64,000 nucleotides of DNA from contig JAUCBJ010000251.1 of the NCBI GenBank assembly GCA_032718475.1, positions 5,447 to 69,446 on the forward strand. The letters are read 5' to 3'. The DNA is from Nemertoderma westbladi. Lineage: Eukaryota; Animalia; Xenacoelomorpha. The position numbers and the translations under genes were made by a program. The notes under the pieces are model-generated. The model did not search any database. It was given only the letters and a program-made list of their open reading frames with translations, and was not told where the DNA came from. Below are positions 26,200 to 39,139 of the stretch, piece by piece (position 1 is the first letter of the stretch; each line of letters starts with the position of its first letter).

Positions 26200-27705
26200 A
26201 TTAAGCGAGCTTAGCATACAGGTACCACTAACTCAATCGGTGTGTCTGTTGATCTGTCGATCTGTTGTTCTGTCGTGTCCAATTTTAAACGTTAATAACT
26301 ATATAAACTATATAATAAATGTTAATGAAATTTAACCAAACTTGGTACATGTACAATGTAGTCTGGCCAAAGTTTAGAAATTTTCCAAGTTGAATTTTCG
26401 CGTGGCCTTCGAGAAGCTAAGATAATAGCACTTAATTAGTTAATTAAGTTGATTACGGTAACAACATCAATTTCAACCTGCCTCCTTAAAGGATATTAAT
26501 TTTTTCTAGTATAAGATTTAAATAATTATACTTAAAAGTTATACAGCTGTAATCCCCATACAACATTCCATTATAGTTTTTAATTAGTTCAAGTGATTTG
26601 CTTTAATAAATGTGTCTTTAATTGATCTAAACGTAATTAAAGCGGCGCAATTATTGAGTACAAATTTAATCCTTCCCATTATTGGTCAACATAGTCTCTG
26701 CGGGGGTGTAGAGCTGCTAGCTGGCATGGAGATGTTTGTGTAGCCTTACCAGGGCAGAGGGGAATTGTACTGTAATAGGCAGCCAGTAGTATTGCTATAG
26801 CAACACAGACATAACTCCAACCACACTGCCTGTATTTCAATTCCTATTGACTCTATACTATAAATGTTGTATTACCTACTATCTCAGGTGACAGAAGATT
26901 TAATGACATAAGTACTCATGGCTGTTGTAGGCTTATATCTGAAATAGTTTATTCCGCAATATATTTGTCTGGTTATTTTTTAATTGAATTTTTGCAAAGT
27001 AGTAAAATTAATGTTCTTAAAAATAATATTATTATTTTTTATGTAACCTAGGAAATTAACTACATAATATCGCTGCAGCTTTAAGAGTGTACACTGATTT
27101 AATATTATTTCAATACCCATATTACTACATCGGCATACGATGCGTTGGCGTTGTATCACACATCTCCACATAGATGTATCAGCAGTTACTCGCACAGTTT
27201 CGAAACTTCGCATAGATATAACTGTATGAAGATCGTCAGTCTTGGTTTAGGAAAAATATTTTAATGCAAAACAGGACGAGCGACGAGCGCAACGAGGCAT
27301 ATAATGAAGATCAATACTGCGTAGACTATATTCCTATAAACCATACCTGGCTTCGCCTATTGAAGGCATCGGTAGTTATAAAGATCGTCCGTCAGTCTGG
27401 GTTTAGGAAAAATGTTTAAATACAAAACAGGACGAGCACAACGACGTTTATAATAATAAAGACGAGTACTGCCTACAGCGTTGAAGGCATCGGTAGTTAT
27501 AAATTACTGGTGGGTGGGAAAGGTGGGGGGGGGGGGGGGGGGGGTGCAGATTAAAAGGGGTGAACACGTACTGTCCCCCTTTCTTTGATTGATTGGTGGT
27601 GTGGGTAAATTTCTCAAAACCTGATTTTGTGATACAGTCGCTCAATTTTAATCTGTATCTGATAACTGAACCTCGTCCTGCGCGATGGCCCCACGAACGT
27701 GTTAC
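26200..27705 (+). mobile_element. Helentron/DINE-like non-autonomous element, copy 1
   Basis: About 1.5 kb colinear with 46865-48486; 5' ctgtc-type microsatellite, ccaaacttggtaca core, 3' end gccccacgaac. Confidence 0.7.
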
Positions 27706-27713
27706 CGGTTATT

Positions 27714-27905
27714 AACAGTTATACAATTTTTGCACAGGCTATCCAACAGTTATCCAATTTTTGCACAGGCTATCCAACAGTTATCCAATTTTTGCACAGG
27801 CTATCCAACAGTTATCCAATTTTTGCACAGGCTATCCAACAGTTATCCAATTTTTGCACCTATGCAACAGTTATCCAATTTGTGCACAGGCTATCCAACA
27901 ATTAT
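27714..27905. repeat. 31 bp tandem repeat, about 6 copies
   Basis: aacagttatccaatttttgcacaggctatcc repeated. Confidence 0.92.
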
Positions 27906-28499
27906 CGAAAATGTATCGCCCCACCTCCTCACTCAATTTTAAGTTGGATACCGTTGTCCAATTTCACCGCTTCTTACTCATCTCATTAGTCCCACCATAG
28001 GACTGATCCTCCACCCGACTCGCTCACCACACTTTCCCGAATGTTGCACTCCTTAGCATCCTTCACCCTTCCTGTAACTCTTGTATTTCAACATCACACC
28101 CCCTTTTACTCAACCCTTCTATTCTCATTCTCTCACTCCTGTCGGATTCCCACAATCTCATTCAAGAGGCCTCACTTGAGAAATGGGATCTGTACAATGT
28201 CTCATCCTCCTGTTTCAGTCAGTGAGTCCCACATCCCACTAGCTAATTGAGAAAGGTTATGTTTGACTATATACTAAATACTTGGTGGTTATATTATCTA
28301 ATCTACGTAATATATTTCACTTCTGATTAATTGCACTATGTATTAATTTGATTATTTATATTTATGGTGGGACTTCTGAGTTCTTGTAAACATTAGTTTG
28401 TAGTTCTGATGATGCCTTCCAGGCATATAGATGCCACCATGAATCTAGAACGAATCTAGAATCACCCTCCCATCTTCTCCAGAAACCACCATAGTTATT

Positions 28500-31400
28500 T
28501 ACCCCTGTCGTCATCCTGTCATGGACGCTTCCAATCATGCCGCTTGTTCTTAATCGCGGTCGTATGCACCACCACGGCCTTACTAATCCCTGTGGTTGGT
28601 TCCCTGGGCATGGCCGTTATCATAACTCGATAACACTTCACTGGCAGTCCCGTCGAGTGTTCCTCCTGTCTTCCTCTGTTGGTGTCCCATATGATGATCC
28701 TCATCGTGCGGGGTATGTGTTCTCCTCGAAAATCTCCAAACCCTTCTTTGTTCTCTGTCAACCACCTATTGAGGTATCACTGCGTATTAGTAACCCCTCG
28801 GTGCGATGCAGCTGTCGTTACCTCCTGGTAGGTGAACGGTAACCTCCTCCTGGTCAATTCTCATTGTGTCTCATGGTTGATATTGAAAAAACCAAATCAG
28901 AATTCCTGGGCCTTCATTGTCTGTCTGGTCATGAGACCTACGTTGGCCCAGTCTTTGAAAGTTGGTGGTGGTAGGTTCCAAGCATATTGCTCAGTGAGTC
29001 TAATGCTCCTATTTACACGGCGCATTTGTAGATGCTAGCCACTGTTTTGCTATCTCATAGTTGTAGAGAGCAACTTTAAGATTTTCACAGAAGAGAGCTC
29101 TGGTAGTGGCCATTGACGCAGGTGGTGGACCCATTGAGAATTTTCAAAGCAGCCTGGTTGTCCCAAGAGAGAAATTTAGATGAGTCGGGAAGAGTTCCAT
29201 GCGACTTGGTGGTCCAGAACCACTGTAACTGTTCGTGGGGGTGGCGTTAGTTTCCGCAGCTGAAGGGACAATGTGAACCGTGGTGTCCTGGATGACCGTA
29301 ATGTGAAGCTGTCGTCGTCACCAGTGCCGGAGTCTATGAACTCGACACAAGATTTGCAGGTCCATCCAAAGTTTGTGAGGACTGCATATAATGAGCAGGG
29401 GGGTCCCACATGGTAGCCAAGGGAATGGATAGCTTTGAATACATTGAATACTGACTTTACTGGAGTCTCGGAAGGTAGATCCAAATCAGAGAGGTGCTTC
29501 CACCTCTCTTTCAGTCGGGGCGCATCGAGGTCATAGGAAGGGATGTTTAGCATAGGAATGGTATAGGCGATAGGTACCAGAAACTCAGCTCCAGATTTGG
29601 AAATGTTTCCAACTGAGATAGATACAGTTCTGGATCGGAATGCGTAGCCATCAGAGTTTATCGTAGAGAGCCAAATATTCCTGGCTCTACCTGGTAGACC
29701 TAGCCATTTAGCCAGACTCTCGAGGATGAGTGTAGCCTGGCTCCCAAGTTCGATTAAGGCCAGAGTTTGTAGCAATTTCCTGGCTGGAGAGATGACACGA
29801 ATCAGGATGATTTGGTGAGAGATGAAGCTTCCACCTCTGTGCGCCGAGGTGGTGAAGATACCAGATGCTTTGGAGGCTGGATCCGCTGGGGTGTGGGGAC
29901 CAGGAGTATAGGCAGGGGGGGGGGGGGGGGGGTGAAGGAGTTTGTGGTGTCGTTTGTTGCAACCATCGAGTTTGCATGGTTTCTTGCAGCCGCAATCGGT
30001 AGAGCGATATTTCTTGACTAGGCAAGCAAATCAGTGTCCCTGGTCTTTAGCGAGGGCGATGCAATCTCTCAGCATTAGTTGCTTGAACCCGGGACAGGAT
30101 GGAAGCGAGTAATTTTTGCAGCATTTTGGGCAGCCATTTCACTCCCTGATCACTGGGACTGTGCTCAAATCACCAATGATTGCGCAGATGGTTGACTGGG
30201 ATGGCCATGGTGGTTTCGAGTTATCTTTATTCCCCTTTGGGCGTCTGGAGTTGTCCTAGCAAGGCACCGAACCCCGATGAAGAATTTGGGTTGTTTTGTA
30301 TCAATGTATAAGTTGGGGTTGTTGATCATTTCGGCGACACTGTCTTGAATGAGGGGCAACTGTGGCTATGACGTTGTGGACCAGCGCTTTGAATGAGATG
30401 ATGAACGATAGCTATTACTTCATTGACCTGTCGAATTGTTCAATGTCAATCTGGGGATAGGAGAGAGCAATTAACGGATCATTGAACCTGCCATTAGACC
30501 TTGTGGTCCCAGTGGATTGAGTCCGAATGTTGTGGATCTAGTCATTGTGAGTTGGTCATTGTGGTAGCGGAGCGGGATGGGATCCTGCTCAAAGTTCATT
30601 CCAATGAAACTTCACCTCCAGGGAGGACCTGGGAGGAAGCCGGGAACTCTCAGAGTGGGCCTGGCTGGGGACTCTAATGGGGGCAGTTTCCCAAGGAGTG
30701 GCAATTGGCCCTTTGGAATTAGCCATTGTCAATCTGAAGCCGAGCTCTGAAGTCGGGAAGAACTTTGGCGAGTTTGTGCTGAGAGAGTGTGCAACGGATG
30801 GGTAGTTGAGAGGAAAATGAGTCCCAATGGAGGAGGGAAATGGGTTCACAGGAGCTGAGGTCACCCAACTAGGAGGGGGTAGGAATAATGGGTTTCCAGT
30901 CATCGATGGTACCATGAGGGTGGCAGCCGGCGCTCAGAGAGGCTGGCTCATGTAGGCTGTGGAATGTCAGGATTCTCTCCAATGTTAGACAATGTTGTCC
31001 TATGGGAGTGGAGCAAGAAATGAGATGGCAACACTCCACTCTCAGTTTGAGTTCTTTCCGATTTGTCGCGTTGGCGAGTTTCTGGTGCTCGGACTGCATT
31101 CTCGCATCTTGGGCAGCCTGCAGATCAGCCAGCTCATATGCTCAGTTGCGTAGAGACTGAGTTTTGTCAAAGTGCTCGAGTTCGAGGTTGGCTTTGAGTT
31201 CTTGATGGGTTGATCATGCACTCATTCGAGAAGTTGCACCTGAGATAATGGACCAGATGCCAGAATGGGTGGATAGGTAGGTTTGCGCAGCTGTACGGCA
31301 TGCATTAGCTGCATCACGCCCTAACCGCATTCTCAAAGTGGCTACCCATTTGGAGCAATTCCTCTTGAGCATCGACGCACTCCTGAATGGTGTCAGTTAG

Positions 31401-32316
31401 GTCTTCCAGTCGCAGTTTTAGTGTACTGCGGCTGCCCTGACCTTCGATGTGGTTGCTTATTCAGTTTATGAATCTGGTTAAGCGGGATTTCGCTGTCATC
31501 TTGTTTTGTTTGAGAAAGTTTATACCGGTATCGGCTGCTTCAGGTTCTACTGATACTATCAGCACTACTGCTTCTCCTTCAATTTCAACTTGATCGAGTT
31601 GCGGGGGGTCTTCTTCCACGATGTCAACTAGAGGTGGTTCAATGTTTGATTGCATTTCTACGTTGTCCACCAGTTAGCCATGAAACCAATCGAAAGGAAT
31701 GTTCGGATCGGCATCCGTGTCAGCATTGGAATCCATAGCTAAATTGCAATAATTTATTACTGTTGGGTGAAGTTGAGTAGATTCCTGGCCAATGCACCAT
31801 GTGGTGAGCATCACAATCTCAACAACAATCAAGTGGGCTTGTGAGGTGTTTAGACTTTGGCAAAGGGGGTGAAGTTATAGCGCAGAGAATGGGGGCGATG
31901 GTTCTGTGGTATTTATAAATAGAGTTTAGAAGCACCAATTATAATTTATTTAAAAATAGGGCAGAACAGGCAGCGAAATAAAATCAGATGTAAAATGCGC
32001 AGAATATTAGCAGAATAAAATACCTAAGTAAATTAGGCAACAAAGCAACAACTATAAACGAAGCAACTGACAACTGAATAAAATACCAATATGTGGTCAT
32101 ATTTATAGGTGGTATGAGCGCAATATGGAATCACCTAATATACCTCAATCAAATAAAATAGATTCAGGTGACAACAGGTTGAACAACCAATGACAGCAAA
32201 GCAATTATGTATGCATCTGACAATCATCAAATTAATCACATGACCAATAAATGTAAGGCGAGTCTACAGTAGGCACAGAGAAATCCCAAGGCCGGGGGGG
32301 GGGGGGAATTCCATCA
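28500..32316 (-). mobile_element. Highly decayed BEL/Pao-like LTR retrotransposon (5' LTR, PBS, gag, protease, RT start)
   Basis: Candidate LTR 31800-32316 (TG..CA); PBS next to it; gag-like KMTAKSRLTR; protease region QTLALIELGSQATLI..WKHLSDLDLP..AVLTNFGWT; many stops and frameshifts; no 3' LTR seen. Confidence 0.7.
31781..31799 (-). promoter_or_regulatory. Primer binding site complementary to tRNA-Gly 3' end
   Basis: Minus strand TGGTGCATTGGCCAGGAAT directly after the CA of the LTR; one mismatch to the usual tRNA-Gly(GCC) end. Confidence 0.75.
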
Positions 32317-32869
32317 TAATGTTTGTGACGGGATCAAGGGATCCCGACCGGGTTAATTGTCCATAGACGTCACCGCAGGCTGGGATCTTAGTAGTTGTTT
32401 TGGCCGAGGCCGTAAGAGAAAATCGGATTGAGTTTGTATTGTTGTCCGACGGTCTGATATAATAAAATTTGAATAACTGGTAATAATGTAGTACAGCAGT
32501 AGTAAGTAGATAATGGCGACAGTGACGGTGGAACAATATCGCCCGTCTGCACTGAAACCAATAACTGAATGACTGGACCGGTAACGGCTTGCATTGATAA
32601 TATATATCTATAATTACTCCTACATTACCGTGGCCTCTTACTAAGCGGATGCTTCCCTCGCCCCTATTGGCTAATAATCTACTTCACGCCTCTCCCCTCT
32701 CTGGGAGTGTTTCCCCCCTGCTGTTGGCCCCTGCTGGTTGTTTCCTCTCCCGAGGTGATTTGACCTCTAACCTCCCTTTGTGTGGCTTTGGGGTTTGTGT
32801 TCTCCCCAGTGTTGGTTGTGATACGAGATTGGTTATTGCCAATCTCGTATCTCCAACATATTGCTGAAA

Positions 32870-33165
32870 AGGTGCCACTTCCCAACTTTGTGAGGGTAAT
32901 GCGGCGGAATTGAATCCGCTCACAATGTTGATTGTCAATATTGCCGCACGGTACAGTAATGAGAGCAATAATGGAGAGAGGACATGCGGCAGCAACAGCC
33001 TGTATTGGATGCAAATATCTGCAGTTTTTGAACAGCCATTCTCAGCTATTTCTCAACGACATTAACATTTATTTACAAATTTGGAAACCTTGTATCAAAA
33101 CCTTTCCCTTGGTATCAACAAATAAGGAAGAAGAAATAACTGCTTTGCAGTGTTGCGGCCTATAG
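32870..33165 (-). pseudogene. Possible hAT transposase C-terminal dimerisation remnant
   Basis: PLSIIALITVPCGNIDNQHCER loosely resembles the hATC LxxPxSNAxxERxFS motif; degenerate. Confidence 0.3.
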
Positions 33166-34412
33166 GATGGAACGCTGTAAATTAATCAATGACATGGAAA
33201 CAACTTCAATTACCGTATTCCAGAATGCATTATTTCCATAAATATTAATGGGTGCTGCTTTATTATCCAGTTTGCAGTGACGGGACAAGCTACTGTATGT
33301 AAATAATTGGTTAACGTGTACTGTAATCCATTATGGTGAAACGTCCAATAGAAGACACTAAAATAACCAAAAAAAATGGCGACAATGTTCACGGACAGGG
33401 CGGATGGTGTCTAAGTTTGCTTTAGTCGATTATTAGTTAAGATGGATTAATGATTTATCACATCCAAGCAGGAGATAACTTCCAATAAACTTGAATTAGA
33501 TTTAAATATATAATTAATACTGTGTACCTGTTAATAAATTTCACTTTTATTCGATATAGTACATGATTAAAATGTATAAATGAGTATCCATAAAATCCTT
33601 TCTTCACATACTGAACGCTGATAAGTTGACATAATGTAATAAAATTACATACATCATTGCTTGCAAAGGTCACTTTTCAACATTAAAGACCCTTGTTTAT
33701 TTATGTAATCTTCCCTCACTGCGCTCGCCCGGTACATAAATAAACTAGGGTCATAACGCTGCTAGTTTGCACACAATGATGTAAATAGTTACTAATAATT
33801 ATAATAATAAGGGTGATTTTAAAATAAAATTACATATTGTACGATAAATAAAACACGTTATTTATCTTTTCGCCCCTCGATCTGACTTATTTACCTCCCT
33901 CATTGCGCTCGGTTAGTTAATAACTAATCTTGGGACGAACGGTAAATAATGCTTATTTTATTTACTGTACAATAAATAGTTATTATTTTTTTGAAAACAA
34001 AACTCAAATCCTGTCTACCAAGTTTCTTTTATATGAAAAATATTTAAATATTTTTCTTATATTAGAGAAAAAGGTAAATAATAATGTTAATCGGGGAGAT
34101 TAAAATTTGTTGGAAGGCCGAAAAAGGCTGGTAAAGTTCTAATAGAACCATATTGAAAGATATGGTTCAATAAGTCCTATCTTTCAATTATGGTTATATT
34201 TACCAGCGGGTGTCGGCTTTAAATCTTTGATATTAATTTTGTCTTATACATTAAAATAGTTTTGAAAGGAATATTTGAATCGATTTTTTTTTACTCAAGT
34301 AGTAATTATTAGTAGGCCTACACAGTGTATCGAAAAGCTATAAACAATTTATTAAATAGCCTACTACAATTGGATGATAATACTGTAAACAGGCATATTC
34401 TTAATTGGTATT

Positions 34413-35612
34413 ATGACATATTATTGTTCTACAACATTGATATTTATATTAAATTTTTTAACTTTTTGGGACACTATTATGGCCAACACAACAAATGCTA
34501 CAACAGCGAGTAGATTGTATTGGTTTGAAAACGTTACCGATGCAGAAGCTAAACCAATATTTGATTCATATGCATCATTTCGAAGTACGATCCAACAATA
34601 TACAAACCCAATTATCCTTCCCTACTCAGCAATTTACACAATATTCGGAATAATTGGATATATTCTAACATTTATTGTCGTTGCCAAGGAAACCAAATTG
34701 AATACGTTATTCTACAAGTTGCTTTGTTTGGATGGCGTTACTGAAATATTTGCAATGGTTGTTGAGTTTGTGAAAATTCTTAGAAATGGTGATTATTTGT
34801 GCTTAGCAGCCCCACAACCAATTGCAGGTTATATTAACTGTAGTACGTCATTCTTTGCCTTCTTGGCCGCATACCATTGGCCCCTTCTTCGCATTGGTCA
34901 AGATTTATCATGCTGGACCGCTATTATGATATCTTTAGATCGTGTATTTGCAGTCTATCGACCCATAAAATATAAATCTATCAGTCAATATCAATATAAA
35001 ATATTATGTTTGTCTGCGGGAGTTTTGATCGGAGCAGCGATAATTATCATCATGGCATTTATCGGTGAATACGATATACACATGAATACAAATATGACAG
35101 CTTGGAATTCTTTTAAAATGGATTTAGAGGGATTCCAAAAAATATATTACAAGGGAATCGTTCATTATTACATTCCGGGTAAACAATTTATCCATTTACT
35201 TGTTATAGTTTCTCTGGCTATTGCAGTAGTTATTAAAGTTAAGAAAATATCAAAAGGTCACCAACAGAATAAGGAAAGATTAGAAAAAGATCGTAGTCTT
35301 ATTTACATGATGGTACTAATTACCTTTATGACATCTCTCAAGCTATTGGTTTTGGATATTTACTTCTTGATGAATAACCTCGGTTTATTTCCAGCTTCTC
35401 GAAAATTTAACACAGCTGCAGCCTCTTTAAAAGATATCATTAGTTACTATTGGTGGGCTAAATGCATTACGATATGTTTATTGGTTAATGAAGTCATAAC
35501 TATTGTTTATGCATTAAATTTTTACGTTATGATGTTATTTGTTGGCAGTTGGAGGCAAGCTGTTTGTAACATACTCATCGCTCCTATAAAACGATTAGTA
35601 ACATTTAACTGA
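34413..35612 (+). CDS. Intronless orphan class A (rhodopsin-like) GPCR, peptide-receptor/chemoreceptor-like
   Basis: Seven hydrophobic segments; N-terminal NTT/NAT/NVT sequons; TM2 Asp (LLCLDG); TM3 ISLDRVFAVYRPIKY; TM7 ALNFYVM and helix 8 WRQA. Start could be Met at 34479. Confidence 0.88.
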   Translation: MTYYCSTTLIFILNFLTFWDTIMANTTNATTASRLYWFENVTDAEAKPIFDSYASFRSTIQQYTNPIILPYSAIYTIFGIIGYILTFIVVAKETKLNTLFYKLLCLDGVTEIFAMVVEFVKILRNGDYLCLAAPQPIAGYINCSTSFFAFLAAYHWPLLRIGQDLSCWTAIMISLDRVFAVYRPIKYKSISQYQYKILCLSAGVLIGAAIIIIMAFIGEYDIHMNTNMTAWNSFKMDLEGFQKIYYKGIVHYYIPGKQFIHLLVIVSLAIAVVIKVKKISKGHQQNKERLEKDRSLIYMMVLITFMTSLKLLVLDIYFLMNNLGLFPASRKFNTAAASLKDIISYYWWAKCITICLLVNEVITIVYALNFYVMMLFVGSWRQAVCNILIAPIKRLVTFN

Positions 35613-36188
35613 ATTTTTTAAATCGTTATTATTATTTGTCCTTGCTGTTGAATGTTAGAATTAGCTGTTAGGATTTTAATTCCACAATCCGACGTTCTAA
35701 AAATAAAGGTTGGACCCTTTTCACACAAATCCACCTCCCCTTTAATATGGCATCTTTATTCAAGAACCACCCCCCCACCCCCACCCCCCCAAAAAAACAA
35801 ATGTTTTTATAAATCTTAAAGAGATTGCATGAAATTTGAAAGAAATAGTTTCATCTCCTTCCTCCTCAGTGCGTGAGCCAGAATTTTTACTTTCTCATTT
35901 TTTAGCTAGATCATTAAAGAAAGGGTCTCCGGCGATATTTCACCAGTTTCCGATTCTATACATGTGGGATAATAAGATATGATAAGATCACCGATAAGAT
36001 AACCAATTGCATTCATTCGCTGAGAGGAAGTCAGTTTATTGCAACGTAGTCGGTAGCATCAATATGGATACGGGGTTCAAGACCAAGGCAGAAACGGATA
36101 CATTTTCTTTGAAGGGCTTTAACACTAGTTCAAAGTTTCTTTGTGGTGGTGCAAAACCAAGTGGTTGCAGCATAGTCAATATAATATA

Positions 36189-36727
36189 TTGCCATGGCAA
36201 CTGTTTCAAAAACGAGTTTCAAACGCCGATTTTCAGTAAATATCCGAAAAATATAAACCCATTGATTAATAATTATTCCCAATTTGGAAAAATCATCTAC
36301 CATTATAAATATATTTCCCTGAGACCCTCTTGATTCCTATTAGTTTTTTTCAATATTTTGTCATCATTCCAAATGTTATCAGTTACCATGGCAACAGAGA
36401 CAACTTGAATGGTCGGAAAGTAATTGTCTGGACTTGGCAACATGTAAGACACTAGATCCAAAATTAAATTTTTTTAGATAGTTCGGAACTATATTAAATT
36501 TGGCAGAATATATATTTTAGTGTCTTGTGACCATAGTTACAGGACTACCACAGGTCCATTTAAATAGGTCCACTACTAGAAATCAAGAGGGTCTCAGGGA
36601 AATATATTTATAATGTTAGATGATTTTTCCAAATTGGGAATAATTATTAATCAATGGTTTTATATTTTTCGGATATTTACTGAATATCGGCGTTTGAAAC
36701 TCGTTTTTGAAACAGTTGCCATGGCAA
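36189..36727. repeat. About 155 bp near-perfect inverted repeat with about 230 bp spacer
   Basis: 36189-36344 is the reverse complement of 36572-36727. Confidence 0.92.
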
Positions 36728-38326
36728 ACGGGTTTTACAAATGACGTCAATGGAATCTCTGATGCTGATATATGGTCGGTAGGTCAAGGTTAGAAGACTG
36801 TAGGTTTATTGGAAAGTGGACTTTTGTAAATGACCTCCTGTTGTCATGGTAATATGGGACCGATAAATCCTGTTGCAAGGTTGGTTCCCCTTAAAAAATG
36901 AAAGGTATGGAAATTACCTACATCTGTGAAAATTATGGGAAGTTTGTCCAGAACGTACACATTAACTTGCTAAGCGACCTGACCAATAGTATATAGAAGG
37001 GCGTCGGCGAAGTTAAGTCAAGGGACCACATAGCTCCAGACCATTGTTAATATCTAGGATATGTGAAAAATGTATGATTACAGTAAGTGTGCAATGAACA
37101 AGTTCAATAATAGTTAGTTTTTATATATATTCTGGATTGTACAGAGTAAAAGTGTTTGTTGGTAACAAGGCGTTCTATAAATACAATGTACTTATAGATA
37201 GCCTTGGTTGATAATAAATAAGCATTGTGGTATAATATAGCAATATTTAGAATAAACAATCAATGGTAGCAGAGCAGACCGACCAATCTTAATCCATCCT
37301 TTTAGCCTTAAACAAAAGAAACAGTGTATTCTGTAAATAAAGATGTATTGCGTATTGCGTAGCGTGGCAATGCAAAATTTACTATCTAGTGTGGTGGTGT
37401 TTCAATGTTTGATCAGAAATATCAGCGAATAAAGAGATTTGGGATGAGTCTCCCTCCAGAAATTTTGGCCTTTAAATTATTAAGGAGATTGGCTATTTCT
37501 AATGAATAAAAAATGATAGTAGTGAATATTCTCAGAGGGACGTTGGACATTTTGATTCAACAAGGCGGTATATTCCTCCCAATTAAATAAAAAAAAAAAG
37601 AAGACAATAAAAAAAAAATAAAAAAAAGTTACTAGCTAGTAAGAATTATTTACTAGCTAGCTACCATAAAAAACACTAGCTACCAGCTACCACATGATCT
37701 TATATCAGACTACTATATACTAGAATAATACAATTGTAAAGGGTGCAAAAGACACAATACAAATCACAATACAAATCTTCAAAATGCAAAGCCCCCCCTG
37801 CCAATTAGGTAATTAAGTAATTAGTTAATTACAAATTAATGGTAGGAGATACGGCATCAGCGCAACAGACTTTTTTCATTTTTGTGCAGAATAAAATTCT
37901 GAACAACTTTGTAATGTTACGTTTTTTCATAGCACTTAGTGTTTTCGAGTTACGATGCTAATTAGTTTTCAGCTAATTAGTACTAATTAACAGTAATAGG
38001 AGGGCCATAGTGATGATTTAACTTTTTTTAGATCGTACCGAGATGAACAAAAAAAAACACCGTTGCTATGGGAAAAACCAAATACTTTTCGAAAAATATC
38101 AATTAGAAATCTTTAATCGCTAATTACTAATTAATTAATTAACAGATTTTTGCCAAATATTTCTCTGCTGTACGCGCTCTGGTCCCCTATAAGATCGCGA
38201 AACAGAATCATTCTAGCTTTTGCCATTCTCCTGGAAAAATCCTTTAAAGATCCACCTAAAAAAGATCAAAGCAAAGTGCCTACTTAACAAGGGGTTTGAT
38301 ATAATGCTGTCTTATGGGGTTTTACT

Positions 38327-38520
38327 TTGGTGTTTATTTTAGTTTGCTAAGTTCCATTAAAAAAGCTGCATTATTTATTCCTCATAAGACTCTGTCAAGC
38401 CTTTGGCTCTCCGTTTGCAGCCTATTGGTGTTTATTTTAGTTTGCTAAGTTCCGTTAAATAGGCTGCATATTTATTCCTCATAAGACTCTGTCAAGCCTT
38501 TGGCTCTCCGTTTGCAGCCG
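38327..38520. repeat. About 97 bp tandem duplication
   Basis: ttggtgtttattttagtttgctaagttcc..ctttggctctccgtttgcagcc occurs twice. Confidence 0.9.
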
Positions 38521-39139
38521 TTTGCGAAAACCAGTTTTATACTAACACAGCAATATATACTGAAAATTCTATTTTTGAATTTTTTTTTAAAAACTACAAT
38601 CCCTATCCCGAAAAACGGCATCCCGAGAGTGATAATTCCGGTCCCGATCCCGGAAAACCAAAACAGTCAGATTCCATTTAATGACTGCAATATACCATTA
38701 AGAACCATCAAACTTTATTTATCTCCGTCGTCCACCCTTGACTATGACTGCAAGCCACGACGGGGATTTTCCCCACAGACAGCAGGATCCTTCACTCAGG
38801 TCAGGTGGATCGACAGAAACCATGGGTTGGCAAACTCACGATAACTGGAATGAAATCACAATAGGGTTGAAGAATAACTGCAGTCGAACTGGTGCAATAT
38901 TGTCGAGACACTTTTTTAAACGCTTGTAGCTAAAGAACGAAAGCAAAAAAGAAATTCTGGCTCACCCACTTTAAGATTAAACTATTTCAAGTTTCGAATT
39001 TCATGTAATCTCATCAAAAATCCCAACAGATAGTAAACCGACGGAAGACGACTTCGTTCAGAATGTCTTTCGAGATCGGTAGTGTAAATGCATGCACGTC
39101 GTACATTCACGTTATGGTGACTGTGAACCTATGTGATGA

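Noticed and set aside
28400-28460. Possible hammerhead ctgatga-tgcc-ttcca-ggca
   Set aside because: GAAA is missing after stem II (reads tata) and no convincing stem I or III.
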